From assembly GCF_006345805.1 (NCBI RefSeq), contig NC_043000.1, forward strand, positions 164,734,001-164,798,000: a stretch of 64,000 nucleotides of DNA, given 5' to 3'. The translations under genes were made by a program, and so were the position numbers. The notes under the pieces were generated by a model. That model ran no database searches. It worked only from the letters and a program-made list of their open reading frames with translations, and was not told the DNA's origin. Of the stretch, positions 37,200-49,328 are shown one piece after another. This DNA is from Octopus sinensis. Its lineage: Eukaryota. Each line of letters opens with the position of its first letter. The stretch's first letter is position 1.

Positions 37200-37500
37200 C
37201 AAAGCATCCTTAGTTCACCCTTTGGCGGATGTTGTCAGCAGATAGAGCGCCTTACAAAAAGTGGAAGCGCTCCAGCTTGCTTAGTTGCAATTGTATGCTC
37301 GAATATTTTTAAGAAAGTGTTTTGATTCTGAAGTGGTTCGCAAAAGAGGATGTTTTACAAGTTTTGGAGGCTCAAATATTGGTAAAAATCCTAATGATTC
37401 CTTGTCCCACTTCCTAGCACCACACTTTTCACATGTTTTGCACATAGAGCCCAGGGAAACAAATTTTCAGATGCATAATTACGATTAAGATTATGATTAA
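37200..37500 (-). pseudogene. Helitron Rep/helicase N-terminal fragment
   Basis: LGSMCKTCEKCGARKWDKESLGF...SESKHFLKNIRAYN, resembling the conserved Helitron N-terminal segment. Confidence 0.75.
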
Positions 37501-37822
37501 ATCCTACACCTTGCCACTGAAATCATCTTTACTTTTTCTGATGATTTTCTCTGGAAAGCTTTCTCCTTTTTAGTCGTATTTTTCGGTCGCTTTCACTCTC
37601 TTGTTTTCTATTTATTCTACCCTTTTCTCTCCTTTTTTGCAATCGTATATCTTTGTCTTTTTTTTTATTTTCTTGTACTTTTTATTTCTATAATTTTCCT
37701 TCTTTCTCTGCAATCTTATTTCCCTATCTTTATCACCTTCTTCTTCTCTTGTCCTCCACTCATATTCCCTCGTATTTTTGCAACCTAACTTTCCGATAGT
37801 TTTTACTTCAACAGTTTTCTCA

Positions 37823-38335
37823 TTAACTGTTTGAATTCTCATTCTTTTCTCTTTTTTCCCCTCTGTCTTGTGATATTTCATTTCCTTCTACATTTCTGTC
37901 ATGCTCATGATTGTTTATGGGAAAGAGAGCATCGTAGTGGCCGTCGTCAATTTCGCTACTATGTAACACTGAAATCTTCCTTTCTGTAAATGTTCGACCG
38001 CAAACGGTGAACAGAAGAAGAAGAATTTCATTGTCATTTTCGTGATGAACCTGAATTGCAACATTGTACAATTCACTTATGGCAACGAATTCAGCATTAC
38101 CGCCGTATGTTCCATCCCTACTCAATTATGCTTGGTATTCTTGCATTGTACTATTCGGAATAAAAGAATGCAAATACTTCCAATTATTGCATATGTATCG
38201 TACGGACTCTTCCAGAAGAGTTCGGTAATTTCTATTGTTTTTGAGCAAGATTGACACAGTTCTGAACATATTGTTACCATCACTCATGACTTTATTAAAG
38301 GGGTAAATTAATAAATTAAAGTAATTGTTGAACAT
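37823..38335 (-). pseudogene. OTU-family cysteine protease domain, decayed
   Basis: SDGNNMFR (Cys of DGNC lost), EY..*LSRDGTYGGNAEFVAISELYNV, DGHYDAL; one internal stop. Confidence 0.75.
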
Positions 38336-39158
38336 TTTTCAATAAATTCAGTAAGGAACTTCACCTTCAGTTTAAATTTTAGATGGTTTCGTGAACAGAA
38401 CGTATCGGAAAATTACAACACCAAAAGGGATAACATACTATGTAATAGAAATTTCTCCTTCAGAAATCTGTCTTTCTAACATTGCGATAGATGAATGAGT
38501 GATTACAATTTTGTAAATATTAAAAACGAAATTAATAAGGTACTTCACCTTCAATGTTCGTGAAAAAAGTTTAGCAGACGATAACCACTTTATCGTCTGT
38601 TCATAAATGGGAAAAAAAAGGAATACTTCGGTTATTTCCGGATAATTTCGGTTTAAACGTTATCAAATACTTGTCTGTAGATGTGTGTGTATGTGTGTGT
38701 GTGTGTTACATAGAGAGAGAGAGAGAGATAAAGAGAGACAGAGAGAGACAGAGAGACAAACAGACAGACTGACAGACAGACAAAGAAAGAGAGCGTGAGA
38801 TAGAGAGAAAGAGATGCGAGCGAGAGAGAGAAGGACAGATTGAAAGCACGCGTGTGTGTATCTCTGAATGACAACTGTATTAACATTACTATCCCACTGC
38901 CACTCTATATTTGTCGCTTACACAACTCTGTCCTCCATTTCCTTAATATCAGTTATATTCTCTATGGCACTGTGTTTTCTCTCTCACACACACACACTAT
39001 ATATATATCTGTAAATGTAACATGTGATAATTATTCGGTAGCCATGATAAAACTCCAAGTTTCGGATGTCACATATTACATTTACAGATAAATTCCTCTG
39101 TTTACATAGTATCGAGGTCTCTTTCATTCTTTTGTTGTCTTACCATTTTTATCAATAT

Positions 39159-39199
<41 letters not shown>

Positions 39200-39461
39200 C
39201 AATTAAGGACAACTACTTACTAAGGAAAACTTATCAAGAAATTGTCAGGTAGATAGCGTGAAAACCTCATAAGAGAATAAATTTTGAAAATAATTATTTC
39301 TTATTGAACATAGTAATTATATAGAGGGCATTATACATACATGCCAGAGAGCATTATACATACATGCCACACGCTAAGAGGGACAATTAGTCATTTCTAC
39401 CAAAAAATATTACTAATCCCACCGAATGCAATTTTTCAAAATAAGACATTTAAAAAATATA

Positions 39462-39507
39462 GACCTGTATCACAGTGATTTCATACTTACGTATTCATCA
39501 GCAGGCC
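39462..39507 (-). ncRNA. Canonical minimal type I hammerhead ribozyme, mirror copy
   Basis: Exact reverse complement of 39702-39747. Confidence 0.8.
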
Positions 39508-39701
39508 TGAATGTATCATAAATAAACGACCCTGCCCCGCTCAAGCCGATCAGCTAACTGATCAACATCAGAAATGCAATTCGTAAAAGTATGCCATTTA
39601 CAGGATGTAATATATGAAAACTCACCCATGTGCTTCGTTGATGTTGATCAGTTAGCTGATCGGCTTGAGCGGGGCAGGGTCGTTTATTTATGATACATTC
39701 A

Positions 39702-39747
39702 GGCCTGCTGATGAATACGTAAGTATGAAATCACTGTGATACAGGTC
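39702..39747 (+). ncRNA. Canonical minimal type I hammerhead ribozyme
   Basis: GGCCTG-CTGATGA-ATAC gtaa GTAT-GAAA-TCAC t GTGAT-A-CAGGTC; predicted cleavage after 39741. Confidence 0.8.
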
Positions 39748-39908
39748 TATATTTTTTAAATGTCTTATTTTGAAAAATTGCATTCGGTGGGATTAGTAAT
39801 ATTTTTTGGTAGAAATGACTAATTGTCCCTCTTAGCGTGTGGCATGTATGTATAATGCTCTCTGGCATGTATGTATAATGCCCTCTATATATAATATATA
39901 TATATTAT

Positions 39909-39964
<56 letters not shown>

Positions 39965-39995
39965 TGGAGGTTTGGAGAGGATGTACAGATATTTT

Positions 39996-41215
39996 ATATT
40001 AGAAGAAATGAGGTACTCAGAAAATCGGATAGTTTATATTTACAGATATTTATTTGTATATTACATGTTTTTATTCATCATATAACTTAGATCATGTATT
40101 AGCGCTTTCTCCCATTCTAGTGGGGTTTTCAAATCAAACTAAGTTCCTGTGTGAAAAGTTTTGACCATTTTATAGTGGTATTGAGTTTGTAGTGGTGGGG
40201 AGGAATATAAGACAGTACAAGAGGGTGATGGATGAGGAGAAAGTGAGAGAGAGAACATGTGTGCATGTGTGTGTGTGTGTGTGTGATTTTGTATTTGGAA
40301 TGAGTGTTAAAGAAAAAGAGGGGAAGGGAGAGGGAAGAAGAAGAAAAGAATTTTTTTGCTCTGCTGGACAGGATGCTTACTCCAAGGGGGGGGGGGTTAA
40401 GATCTTGGGGAAAAAGAATTTGGGTTTTGACCATTTCATAGTGTTATTGAGTGTGTGGTGGCGGGGAGGTAGACCATAAATTACATTTCTTTTTATCATT
40501 GTGAGAGAGTGTGTGTGTGTGTGTGTGTTTAATGAGGGATGGTCAAATGGTTTTTTTGGTTGAGAGAAGAAGAATTCTTTTTATGATTGTTTTGTGGAGG
40601 TGTGTGTGTGTGTTTAATGAGGGTGTGTCTGTGTTGGTTTTTGAAAATACAACATTGAACAAAGGCTATCCTAATATTTGAATGAAACCATTTCACTTTA
40701 ATTTGTGGAACCAATTGTTCCTGTATGATAAAACTTAATGTTTATTTAACTGTCAATCAGTGAGATATTAGACTAAATCAATTGAAGATCAGACAACAGA
40801 TTCAGTAGTTGTCAATTTGTATTCTGTCATTTGTAACTTCAACACAGGAGAGTCTCTTTTTCAAGTATGGACTGTATTAAACACACACACACACAGTTCT
40901 ACACATGCTTTGACTTTTGGAAAATACAACATTGAACAAAGGCTATCCTAATATTTGAATGAAACAATTTCACTTTAATTTGTGGAACTAGTTGCTCCTG
41001 TATGATAAAACTTAATATCTATTTAATCAGTGAGATATTAGACTAAATCAGTTGAAGATCAGACAACAGACTCAGTAGTTGTCAGTTCGTATTCTGTCTT
41101 TTGTAACTTCAACACAGGAGAGTCTCTTTTTCAAGTATGGACTTTATAAAATTTTACTCATCATACATTGACGGACAAATCTTTCAATTTACAATTTAAT
41201 ATAGTGGAGCATTTA

Positions 41216-41259
<44 letters not shown>

Positions 41260-41894
41260 CCTGTTATATACATTATATTATTTTTGTAATTTACTTAATC
41301 TTTACTTTTTAATTGTCATTTTAATTTTAACTTTTCTATGATATGCAATTTTCTAGATGGTGTAATTTAATTGTTCATTTTGAATTGATAAAAGGTGTTT
41401 TTTTCTAATATTTTATGTATATGTATGTATATATATATATATATAGTGGTATAAATATCAACACAATTATTTCTCCTTCCTCCTTTATTTTCTCCTCTCT
41501 TCCCTTCTTCAAACTCACAGACACACACCCACACACACACACACACACGCGCACACACACAGACACAGACACACACACACACCTCCACAAAACAATAATA
41601 AAAAGAATTCTTCTTCTCTCAATCCAAAAAACCATTTGACCATCCCTCATTAAACACACACACACACACACACACTCTCACAATGATAAAAAGAAATGTA
41701 ATTTATGGTCTACCTCCCCGCCACCACACACTCAATAACACTATGAAATGGTCAAAACCCAAATTCTTTTTCCCCAAGATCTTAACCCCCCCCCCTTGGA
41801 GTAAGCATCCTGTCCAGCAGAGCAAAAAAATTCTTTTCTTCTTCTTCCCTCTCCCTTCCCCTCTTTCTCTTTAGCACTCACCCCAGATACAAAT

Positions 41895-41926
<32 letters not shown>

Positions 41927-42190
41927 TGTTCTCTCTCTCACTTTCTCCTCATCCATCACCCTCTTGTACTGTCTAATATTCCTCCCCACCACTACAAACT
42001 CAATACCACTATAAAATGGTCAAAACATTTATCACACAGGAACTTAGTTTGATTTGAAAACCCCACTAGGATGGGAGAAAGCGCTAATACATGATCTGAG
42101 TTATATGATGAATAAAAACATGTAATATACAAATAAATACCTGTAAATATAAACCATCCGATCTTCTGAGTACCTCATTTCTTCTAATAT
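39996..42190. mobile_element. Non-autonomous fold-back element with ~615-bp TIRs and an internal ~275-bp tandem duplication
   Basis: 39996-40612 is the reverse complement of 41570-42190; internal copies at ~40640-40880 and ~40915-41145. Confidence 0.75.
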
Positions 42191-42204
42191 ATATATATAT
42201 ATAT

Positions 42205-42420
42205 TCTCTCTTTTACTCTTTTACTTGTTTCAGTCATTTGACTGTGGCCATGCTGGAGCATCGCCTTTAGTTGAGCAAATCGACCCTGGGACTTATTCTT
42301 TGTAAGCCCAGTACTTATTCTATCGGTCTCTTTTGCTGAACCGCTAAGTTACGGGGACGTAAACACATCAGCATCGGTTGTCAAGCAATGCTAGGGGGAC
42401 AAACACAAACACACAAACAC
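42205..42420 (-). mobile_element. SINE 3' half
   Basis: Reverse complement of the 18310-18520 segment. Confidence 0.75.
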
Positions 42421-42583
42421 ATACACATATATATATATATAGATCAATAAATGGTGGGGTTGTGTTGACCGCACGTGGAGAAATGATAAGTAACGAAAAA
42501 TTTTTTTATAAAAAATGCAGAATGCTCAAATGAAAGAAAATTTTAATAAAATGAGAAAATGATAAAATATATAAATGTATATT

Positions 42584-42624
42584 TATTCAACCGGTTTTCG
42601 TCATTGTATGACTTGTCAAGAATA
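42584..42624 (-). ncRNA. Degenerate minimal hammerhead motif
   Basis: TATTC-TTGACAA-GTCA tacaa TGAC-GAAAA-CCGGT-T-GAATA; core two transitions from CTGACGA. Confidence 0.45.
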
Positions 42625-43257
42625 TTTATGTTTTAAGAAGTTTTTTTTAAAAATTAGAAAGGGGAAAAAAAGAAAATTGCATTGTTTTTTGTAAAAGAAT
42701 AATGATAAAAATGTACAAAAATTAAAAAATAAGTTCTCCGATACATTGTGAGTTCGTTGTGTATCTTGCGTTTTATGGTTGTTTACGAAAAAATTACCTT
42801 GAGGTGTTAAGATCCAAAGGGATTAAGAGCATGTGTTGTGTTGTGTTGTTAAATTCAGCATGTTGCAGGACAGGAAGTAGTAGTAATTGTGGTCCTGGTT
42901 CTTCAGTTCCTGTGTTGTGAGTAAGGGGAGACAACTCTTTTGAGTTCTTCAATAAAACCCAAATTATAAAACTATCATTTTAGCTTCATTTGCATTATCT
43001 TTTTTATATAATTGCTTGTTAACTTAACTTTCAGATTTTAACACTTTATTTATATTATTTTCTAATAATATAAATCTGCATAGACAATTGCATTTCAAAT
43101 TGTCATATCATTTATAATAAAAATGATAGTAATAACAACAATAGTAAAAATGATATTTAAAGAATATAAGTTTTAGCTTGAAGTGATGAATGCATGGTAT
43201 CTTTATATATTTGTGTTAGTCCATCCATGAAAAGTGAGGTAGAGAAAGGAAGTTTGA

Positions 43258-44784
43258 TCAACGAGGAGTTTGCATATTAAGTTGTGTTTGGAATTTTTCA
43301 ATAAAGAGATTCTCCTTGTTAATTCTCTCCTGTGTGGTGATCCCGTCTTTACATTGGTAGAAGGGGAATATATAGAATTTGGGGTTTAAGTCTTTAGCAC
43401 ATGAGTCTAAGTGGTCACTCAGTGGAATTTGTCGGTATTCCGGGAGATTTATTTGTTCTTTATGCACCGTTACTCGTTTACGTAACGGGAGACTCGTTTG
43501 TCCAACATAATTATGTTGGCAACCAGCGCATGTGAGAACGTAGATAAGGTTCTCGGAGGAACAGGAGAAGTTAGTCTTGATTTTAAACTTCGTACCTTGT
43601 TTGAAGGTAAATTCAGAGCCTTCAAGTAGAAAGGGGCAGGTACCACAGTTTGAGCGTGCACATTTTTTTACTGTTGGGGGTGGATGTGGTGTGTGAAGTT
43701 TGGCATTTGTCAAGAGTTTTTTTAAAGATTTGTGTTGCCTTTTGCATTTGAGGATTTTGTGTGTATTTATAATGTTTTTCATTTTTGGGTCTGTTGACAG
43801 TAGACTGAGGTTTTGTATGATTGTGGTGTATGCTTCGATATTTTTGGGGTTGTGGGTGGAAATGTATGGAAGTATTTTGAGGTTGTGTGTGGTGTTAGGT
43901 TGGGTGGTTTTCAGTGTAGTGTTGTCTAGTTCTTTGGCGCGTTTTATTCCATACTCTATAAGGGTGGAGGGATATTGACGTTGTAATAGTGTTTTTTTGA
44001 GGTCTTGAAGGCGTATTTCTCGTGTTTTTGGATCCGAGACAATGGTGCATACCCTTTTAGCTAAATTGAAAGGGATATTTGTCTTGGTGTGTTTTGGGTG
44101 GCATGAACTAAAGAGGAGGTATTGTTGTGAGTCTGTAGGTTTGTGGTAGATGTCTGTTATGATTTGGTTCTTAGGTGTTTTTATAATTAGGAGATCAAGG
44201 AATGGGAGATGATGTTTGCTTAATTCCATAGTGAATTGGATGTTGGGATGTATGTTGTTTAGTATGGTTTTGAATTCCAGGAGTTTTTCATAAGGTTCTT
44301 TCCATATGATGAAACAATCATCTAAATACCTTTTCCAGTTTTCCATTAGGTAGGTGTGGAAAACATGTCCAAATTTCTGGCTTGATATTTCATAGAGTGA
44401 CAGTTCGAAGTAACCCATTATGAGGTTCGCAAGGACTGGTGCAGCCTTGGTACCCATCGCAATGCCACATTTTTGACGGTAGTGTGTGTCGTCGAAGAGA
44501 AAAAAATTGTTTGTCAGAATGAACTTAAGAGATTCTGTAATAAAAGACTTGTTAATGCGGTCAGGGAATGTCTCTGGGTGTTTTTCTAGCCAGAAGTCAA
44601 TTGCCTCTATACCATACTCATGTGGAATGTTGGTGTAGAGGTTGATGACATCAAAGGATACCAGGAGTGCCTCCTCACATATATATATATATATGTATTC
44701 TTCTAATATAGGATAAAATTCTTTCAAAAATATTTCAAGCGCCCAGCATATTAAAATACCTTTTAAGGTGAAAATTATAAACAA
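43258..44784 (-). CDS. PLE reverse transcriptase and GIY-YIG endonuclease, 508 aa open; N-terminus unreliable
   Basis: FDVINLYTNIP, GIAMGTKAAP, WKRYLDD, LPFLD, NLIYVLTC...YVGQT; (TA)n insert near 44680. Confidence 0.85.
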   Translation of the reverse strand: MFIIFTLKGILICWALEIFLKEFYPILEEYIYIYICEEALLVSFDVINLYTNIPHEYGIEAIDFWLEKHPETFPDRINKSFITESLKFILTNNFFLFDDTHYRQKCGIAMGTKAAPVLANLIMGYFELSLYEISSQKFGHVFHTYLMENWKRYLDDCFIIWKEPYEKLLEFKTILNNIHPNIQFTMELSKHHLPFLDLLIIKTPKNQIITDIYHKPTDSQQYLLFSSCHPKHTKTNIPFNLAKRVCTIVSDPKTREIRLQDLKKTLLQRQYPSTLIEYGIKRAKELDNTTLKTTQPNTTHNLKILPYISTHNPKNIEAYTTIIQNLSLLSTDPKMKNIINTHKILKCKRQHKSLKKLLTNAKLHTPHPPPTVKKCARSNCGTCPFLLEGSEFTFKQGTKFKIKTNFSCSSENLIYVLTCAGCQHNYVGQTSLPLRKRVTVHKEQINLPEYRQIPLSDHLDSCAKDLNPKFYIFPFYQCKDGITTQERINKENLFIEKFQTQLNMQTPR

Positions 44785-45430
44785 TTATAAATTAAGGCAA
44801 AAAAAATTTTCTATGTCAAAATACTGCGAAATAAACTTTAAATCATCAATCACTACATACAATACACTCACATACACACACACACCACACACACACAAAT
44901 ATTTATGTGTGTATTATGTATGTATGTATGTATGTATGTATGTATGTATACACGTACATAGTATTGGTTACAAACCTAATGTTTGTATTGATATATAGAA
45001 TAGGAAGAACAATTTGTCACAGCTAAGCATTTATGATGTTTAAAAAAAACTGTATTAGTCACTGATCTATTATGGGCATTGATATCTAAATACCAATGGG
45101 CAACTTGATTTAACCAGTTGCAGTATGTAAAAAATGGTTAAGAAACAATGTCCTGACACAAATACATAAGCGGTCCAACAACTAAGAGACGCGAGTTATT
45201 TATAATAGATTCTATGGCAAAGGAAAGTATTTGGAGGGGGAAACCATTCATAAATTATTGTACAGATTGACAAATTTTGTTGTTTATTTTGTTTTCTCAG
45301 ATTCAGTTTCTCTTGTTTAGCTTCATCTCTCACCACGAAGACCTTTCATTCAAGGTATTGAAACCACGTCTTTTATTCAGACATTATATATTCAGAACTA
45401 TGTTATACAATGTTATTTTTAAAGATAGTT

Positions 45431-45780
45431 GGTTAGGGTTAGGGTTAGGGTAAAGGTTTAGGTTAGGATTAGAATTAGGGCTAGGGCTAGGGTTAATTTA
45501 GGGTTAAGGTTAGGTGTAGGGTTAGAATTAGGTGTAGGGTTAGGGTTAGGGTTTGGGGTAGGGTTAGGGTTAGAGGGTTAGGGTTAGAGGGTTAGGGTTA
45601 GAGTGTTAGGGTTAAAGGGTTAGGGTTAGAGGGTTATGGTTAGGGGGTTAGGGTTAGAGGGTTAGGGTTAGAAGGTTAGGGTTAGAGGGATAGGGTTAGA
45701 GGGTTAGGGTTAGAGGGTTAGTGTTAGGGTTAGGGTTAGGGTTAGGGTTTGGGTTAGGGTTAGGGTTAGGGTTAGGGTTT
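45431..45780 (+). repeat. Interstitial telomeric-type (TTAGGG)n tract with a 14-bp variant block
   Basis: Degenerate TTAGGG, then about 11 units of TTAGGG+TTAGAGGG, then near-pure TTAGGG. Confidence 0.9.
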
Positions 45781-45855
45781 ATATCGATTGGGACAATCAT
45801 ATCAATGAGGAGGCATGTTCTTTGTCTGATTATTATTATTATTATTATTATTATT

Positions 45856-46418
45856 GAGTGAGCGAGCAGAGCATGCCATCAAAGTGACACTGGGGTAAAA
45901 TATACGAAGCCCAGTATACCCATCATGACTACCCGTCTGATAAGGGTACACCAGGCACATGCATCACAACCATATGTGCGCGATATGGTGATCTCATATC
46001 AAGATAAACAGCACATGACCTTGCAGGTGGAGCCCAGTTAGAATTTTCTTCAGTTTGAGTAACCCATCCCGCTCAAAAGGTCCCTGAATAAGGGTTGTTT
46101 AAGGACGTTGAACGAAATACCCATGTTTCCAGAGGTGAATTATTCAAACCCCAAAGAATCCTTCTCAACACATGGCTATGATGCTCCCCCACTACTTCTG
46201 CTCGTGATCAGAGATGCACATATCGTCAGCCACTAAGGGACATGCTCAACTGGTTAAGGTCAAACAACTGACAAGCAAATCTGTGGTATTGAGCAGAATA
46301 TTTGCTGTAGCCCATCTTTTATACCAAGACAAATCAATGTACACGATAACACTTCAAATCAGTTAAGATCAGAAGCCATGAGATCCATTGCCTGGTAATG
46401 CATCAGAGCATTTACTGA
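45856..46418 (-). mobile_element. Non-coding ~560-bp element flanked by (TAA)n on both sides
   Basis: Sharp microsatellite boundaries; related fragment at ~14520-14640. Confidence 0.55.
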
Positions 46419-46480
<62 letters not shown>

Positions 46481-46483
<3 letters not shown>

Positions 46484-47774
46484 GTTTGACTTTTGCTTTA
46501 TGTCTGTACAAGTTGGCTCCAAGTCTCACCCAGAGACCTCAAGAGACAACAGGTTGGAAGTTCACGTTGTTGTTAAGCCCAGTGTGCCATATATTTGGGG
46601 GTTTTTTGTGTTGTACTAGTGAATGTCTAAAAAAAAAAAACGATAATTATGTTTGTTTTAAACCTTGAGATTACATAGAAAGTATTTTGCATAGGATATG
46701 AGCAGTTCCCATGAGCACTATCTTTTGAATTTCTGCCATTTTGGGGTTTCCTGGTATCTGAGTTAGGTAGCAATCAGCCCCTTTCGCTATCATTCCCAGG
46801 GCACCTATGACAACAGGTATTGTTTTAGTCTTCAGCTTCCACATTTTGCTGATTTCTATTTCAAGATCTTTATATTTGTTCAGTTTCTGGTAGGTCTTGA
46901 CAGATACGTTTATATCGATTGGGACAGTCATATCAATGAGGAGGCATATTCTTTGTCTGAAGTCTTTCAATATGATGTCTGGCCTATTTGCATCTATCTT
47001 TCTGTCAGATTGAATGGTGAAGTTCCAGAGGAGTGAGATGTGGTCATTTTCAAGCACTGGAGGTGGATTGTGTTCCCACCAGTTTTTTTCATGGGGCAAA
47101 TCCAGGTTTTTGCAAATTACCCAGTGAATATATTGTGCAGCTCTATCATGCCTGTTGGGGTACTCTGTAGGCGCTAGAAGACTGCATTTGGAGACAACAT
47201 GATCAATGGTTTCATTTTGTTGTCGGCATATACGACATGTTGGGCTACTGCCGTTCTTTAATATGTTGGCCTGGTAGTTTCTTGTTGGTAGGCATTGATC
47301 TTGAGCTGCTATGATAAACCCTTCTGTTTCAGATTTTAAGCCAGAGGCCATTAGCCATTGATGGGTCAGGGCTTTGTCATATCTGCATTATTCGCTCTCT
47401 GGGTATTTGCCATAGAGAGGTTTTTCTTGCCATTTATTATTCAGAATATCTAAGGCCGCAGTTTTGGCACGGGTTTTCATGCGCCTAGCTTTTTTCTGTG
47501 CTTGTTTCTTGTATGTCTATCTCTAATTCTGAAATTTGTTGTATTCGGAATTCACTTAGATATTCCTTTGCCTGTTTTGTTACTGAGTATGATGCTTTTG
47601 TTTTCATGTTTTGAGACAAGTTTTAACATCCAGTCCTCAGACTTTTTCAGGTAGGTGTCTAGGCCAATTGTAGCAATCTTCATTGTTATTGCCAGTTGTA
47701 AAAGACCACGGCCTCCCTCTTTTCTTGGCAGATAAAGTCGTTCTGTATCTGCCTTAGGGTGGTGCATTCTGTGC
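46481..47774 (-). mobile_element. R4/Dong-type RLE LINE, family A, 5'-truncated
   Basis: ORF 46671-47351: CRIC...HVVSKC, NRPDIIL, IDMTVP, KYKDL; (TAA)n at both ends. Confidence 0.9.
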
Positions 47775-47795
47775 ATTATTATTATTATTATTATT

Positions 47796-49307
47796 CAGTA
47801 GTTTTATTTTTTATAGCATGCTTTCACTTCACTACCGAGCGCAGCTCTATGTGCTGTGATTTGTTGTGATGCTCTGATGGTTATTGTATGGAAAGTGTTC
47901 TGCGTAGGATGTGTGCAGTGCCTAGTAGTGCAATTTTCTGTATGTTATATGTGTTTGTAAGTCCTGGTGTTTTTGTTATATATTAGTCTGAATATTTTTT
48001 ATCATGCCTAATGCACCTACTATGATAGGAATTGTTTCTGTTTTAGATTCCACATTCTGGTTACCTCCATTTCCAGTCTTTGTATTTTGAAAGTTTCTCC
48101 ATTTCTTTTAGAGACACATTGTCATCTGCCGGTATTGATACATCAATTAGAAAGCATTTTTTTCCTTCATGATCTCTGACAACTATATCTGGTCTGTTGC
48201 CTTAATTTCTCTATCTGTGTGTATCGGCATATCCCAAAGTATGGTTGCTTTTTCGTTTTCTGTGACCTTTTCTGGTGGTGCCTATACCATCTTTTTTCTG
48301 TTGTTATTCCATAATGTTGGCATAGCTTCCAATGTATGTAGGTTCCAACTCTGTCATGTCTGTGAAATATTCCTTTTAGCCAGGACTGGGCAGCCAGAGA
48401 TAATATGATATTATTGTTTCTTGTCCATCTCCACATATTCTGCAGTTACTTGTAATAATTTCTTTTCATTACATGTTTTTGGTAATTTCTGGTGGGGAGG
48501 CTTTGGTCTTGTGCTGCAATTAAAAATCCCTCTGTCTCTGCTTTGAGTCCTGAGCTCCTCAACCTTGCTGGGATTTTTTTGTCTATTTCTTTTGCATTTA
48601 GTTAGTGCAGTATTACCGTGAAGGGGTTTTTCTTGCCATCGTTTTATCATGGTTCTTTGCTGTTCTAGTTTTAGTTTGGATTCATTTGTTTTATAGCTTT
48701 TGTTGTTTTCATTCTTCTTCTTCTTCTTGTTCTTCTTCTTATATTTGTTAGGTGGTATGATTTCTTGTTTGTATTTGTCAGCTTCCTTAAATACCGAGAA
48801 CAGTTTTTTGTTTTGCTCGTGTTTTCCCGCTATTTGTATCAGTTTTCCTTCCTCCTGAAATAGATATTTTTGCAGTGCTATGGTGGTTATTTTATAGTAG
48901 TTTTCCAGCTGTATAAGGCCTCTACCACCTTCTATACATTGTGTATATAGTCTTTCTATGTCAGATTTTGGGTGATGCATCCTAGACCCTGTCATTATTT
49001 TTCTTGTTTTCCTATCTATTTTGGTCAGTTCATTTAGTGTCCAGTTAAGGATATTGTAGCTGTAACTTATAACTGGGACAGCTAAAGTGTTAATACCAAT
49101 TATCTTGTTTTTAGCATTGAGCTCTATTTTTAGTATTGATCTAACTCGTCTATAATATTCTTTTTTATTTTCTCTTTCATTTGTGTGTGTTGTGTCTTAT
49201 CTAGTTCATGGATTCCTAAGTATTTGTAAGTTTGGCTTTGGTCTAATTCTTTTATTTCATTGGTTTTATCTAGTGTGATGTTGCTACTCTTAACTAGTTT
49301 TCCTCTT
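47796..49307 (-). mobile_element. R4/Dong-type RLE LINE, family B, copy 2
   Basis: Near-identical to 49329-50845; (TAA)n at both ends. Confidence 0.9.
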
Positions 49308-49328
49308 ATTATTATTATTATTATTATT

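Larger units (their letters stand above)
39199..39891. mobile_element. PLE-type terminal repeat with 253-bp inverted arms (39318-39570, 39639-39891)
   Basis: Arms appear identical by eye; 68-nt spacer; 119-bp one-sided extension; (TA)n flanks. Confidence 0.85.
42440..44790 (-). mobile_element. Penelope-like element, 5'-truncated, with 3' pseudo-LTR
   Basis: RT plus GIY-YIG ORF followed by an AT-rich 3' region holding a degenerate HHR. Confidence 0.9.

Noticed and set aside
45290-45360. Possible host exon (ttctcag...caag|gta)
   Set aside because: Splice-like motifs only; no recognisable coding content or partner exons
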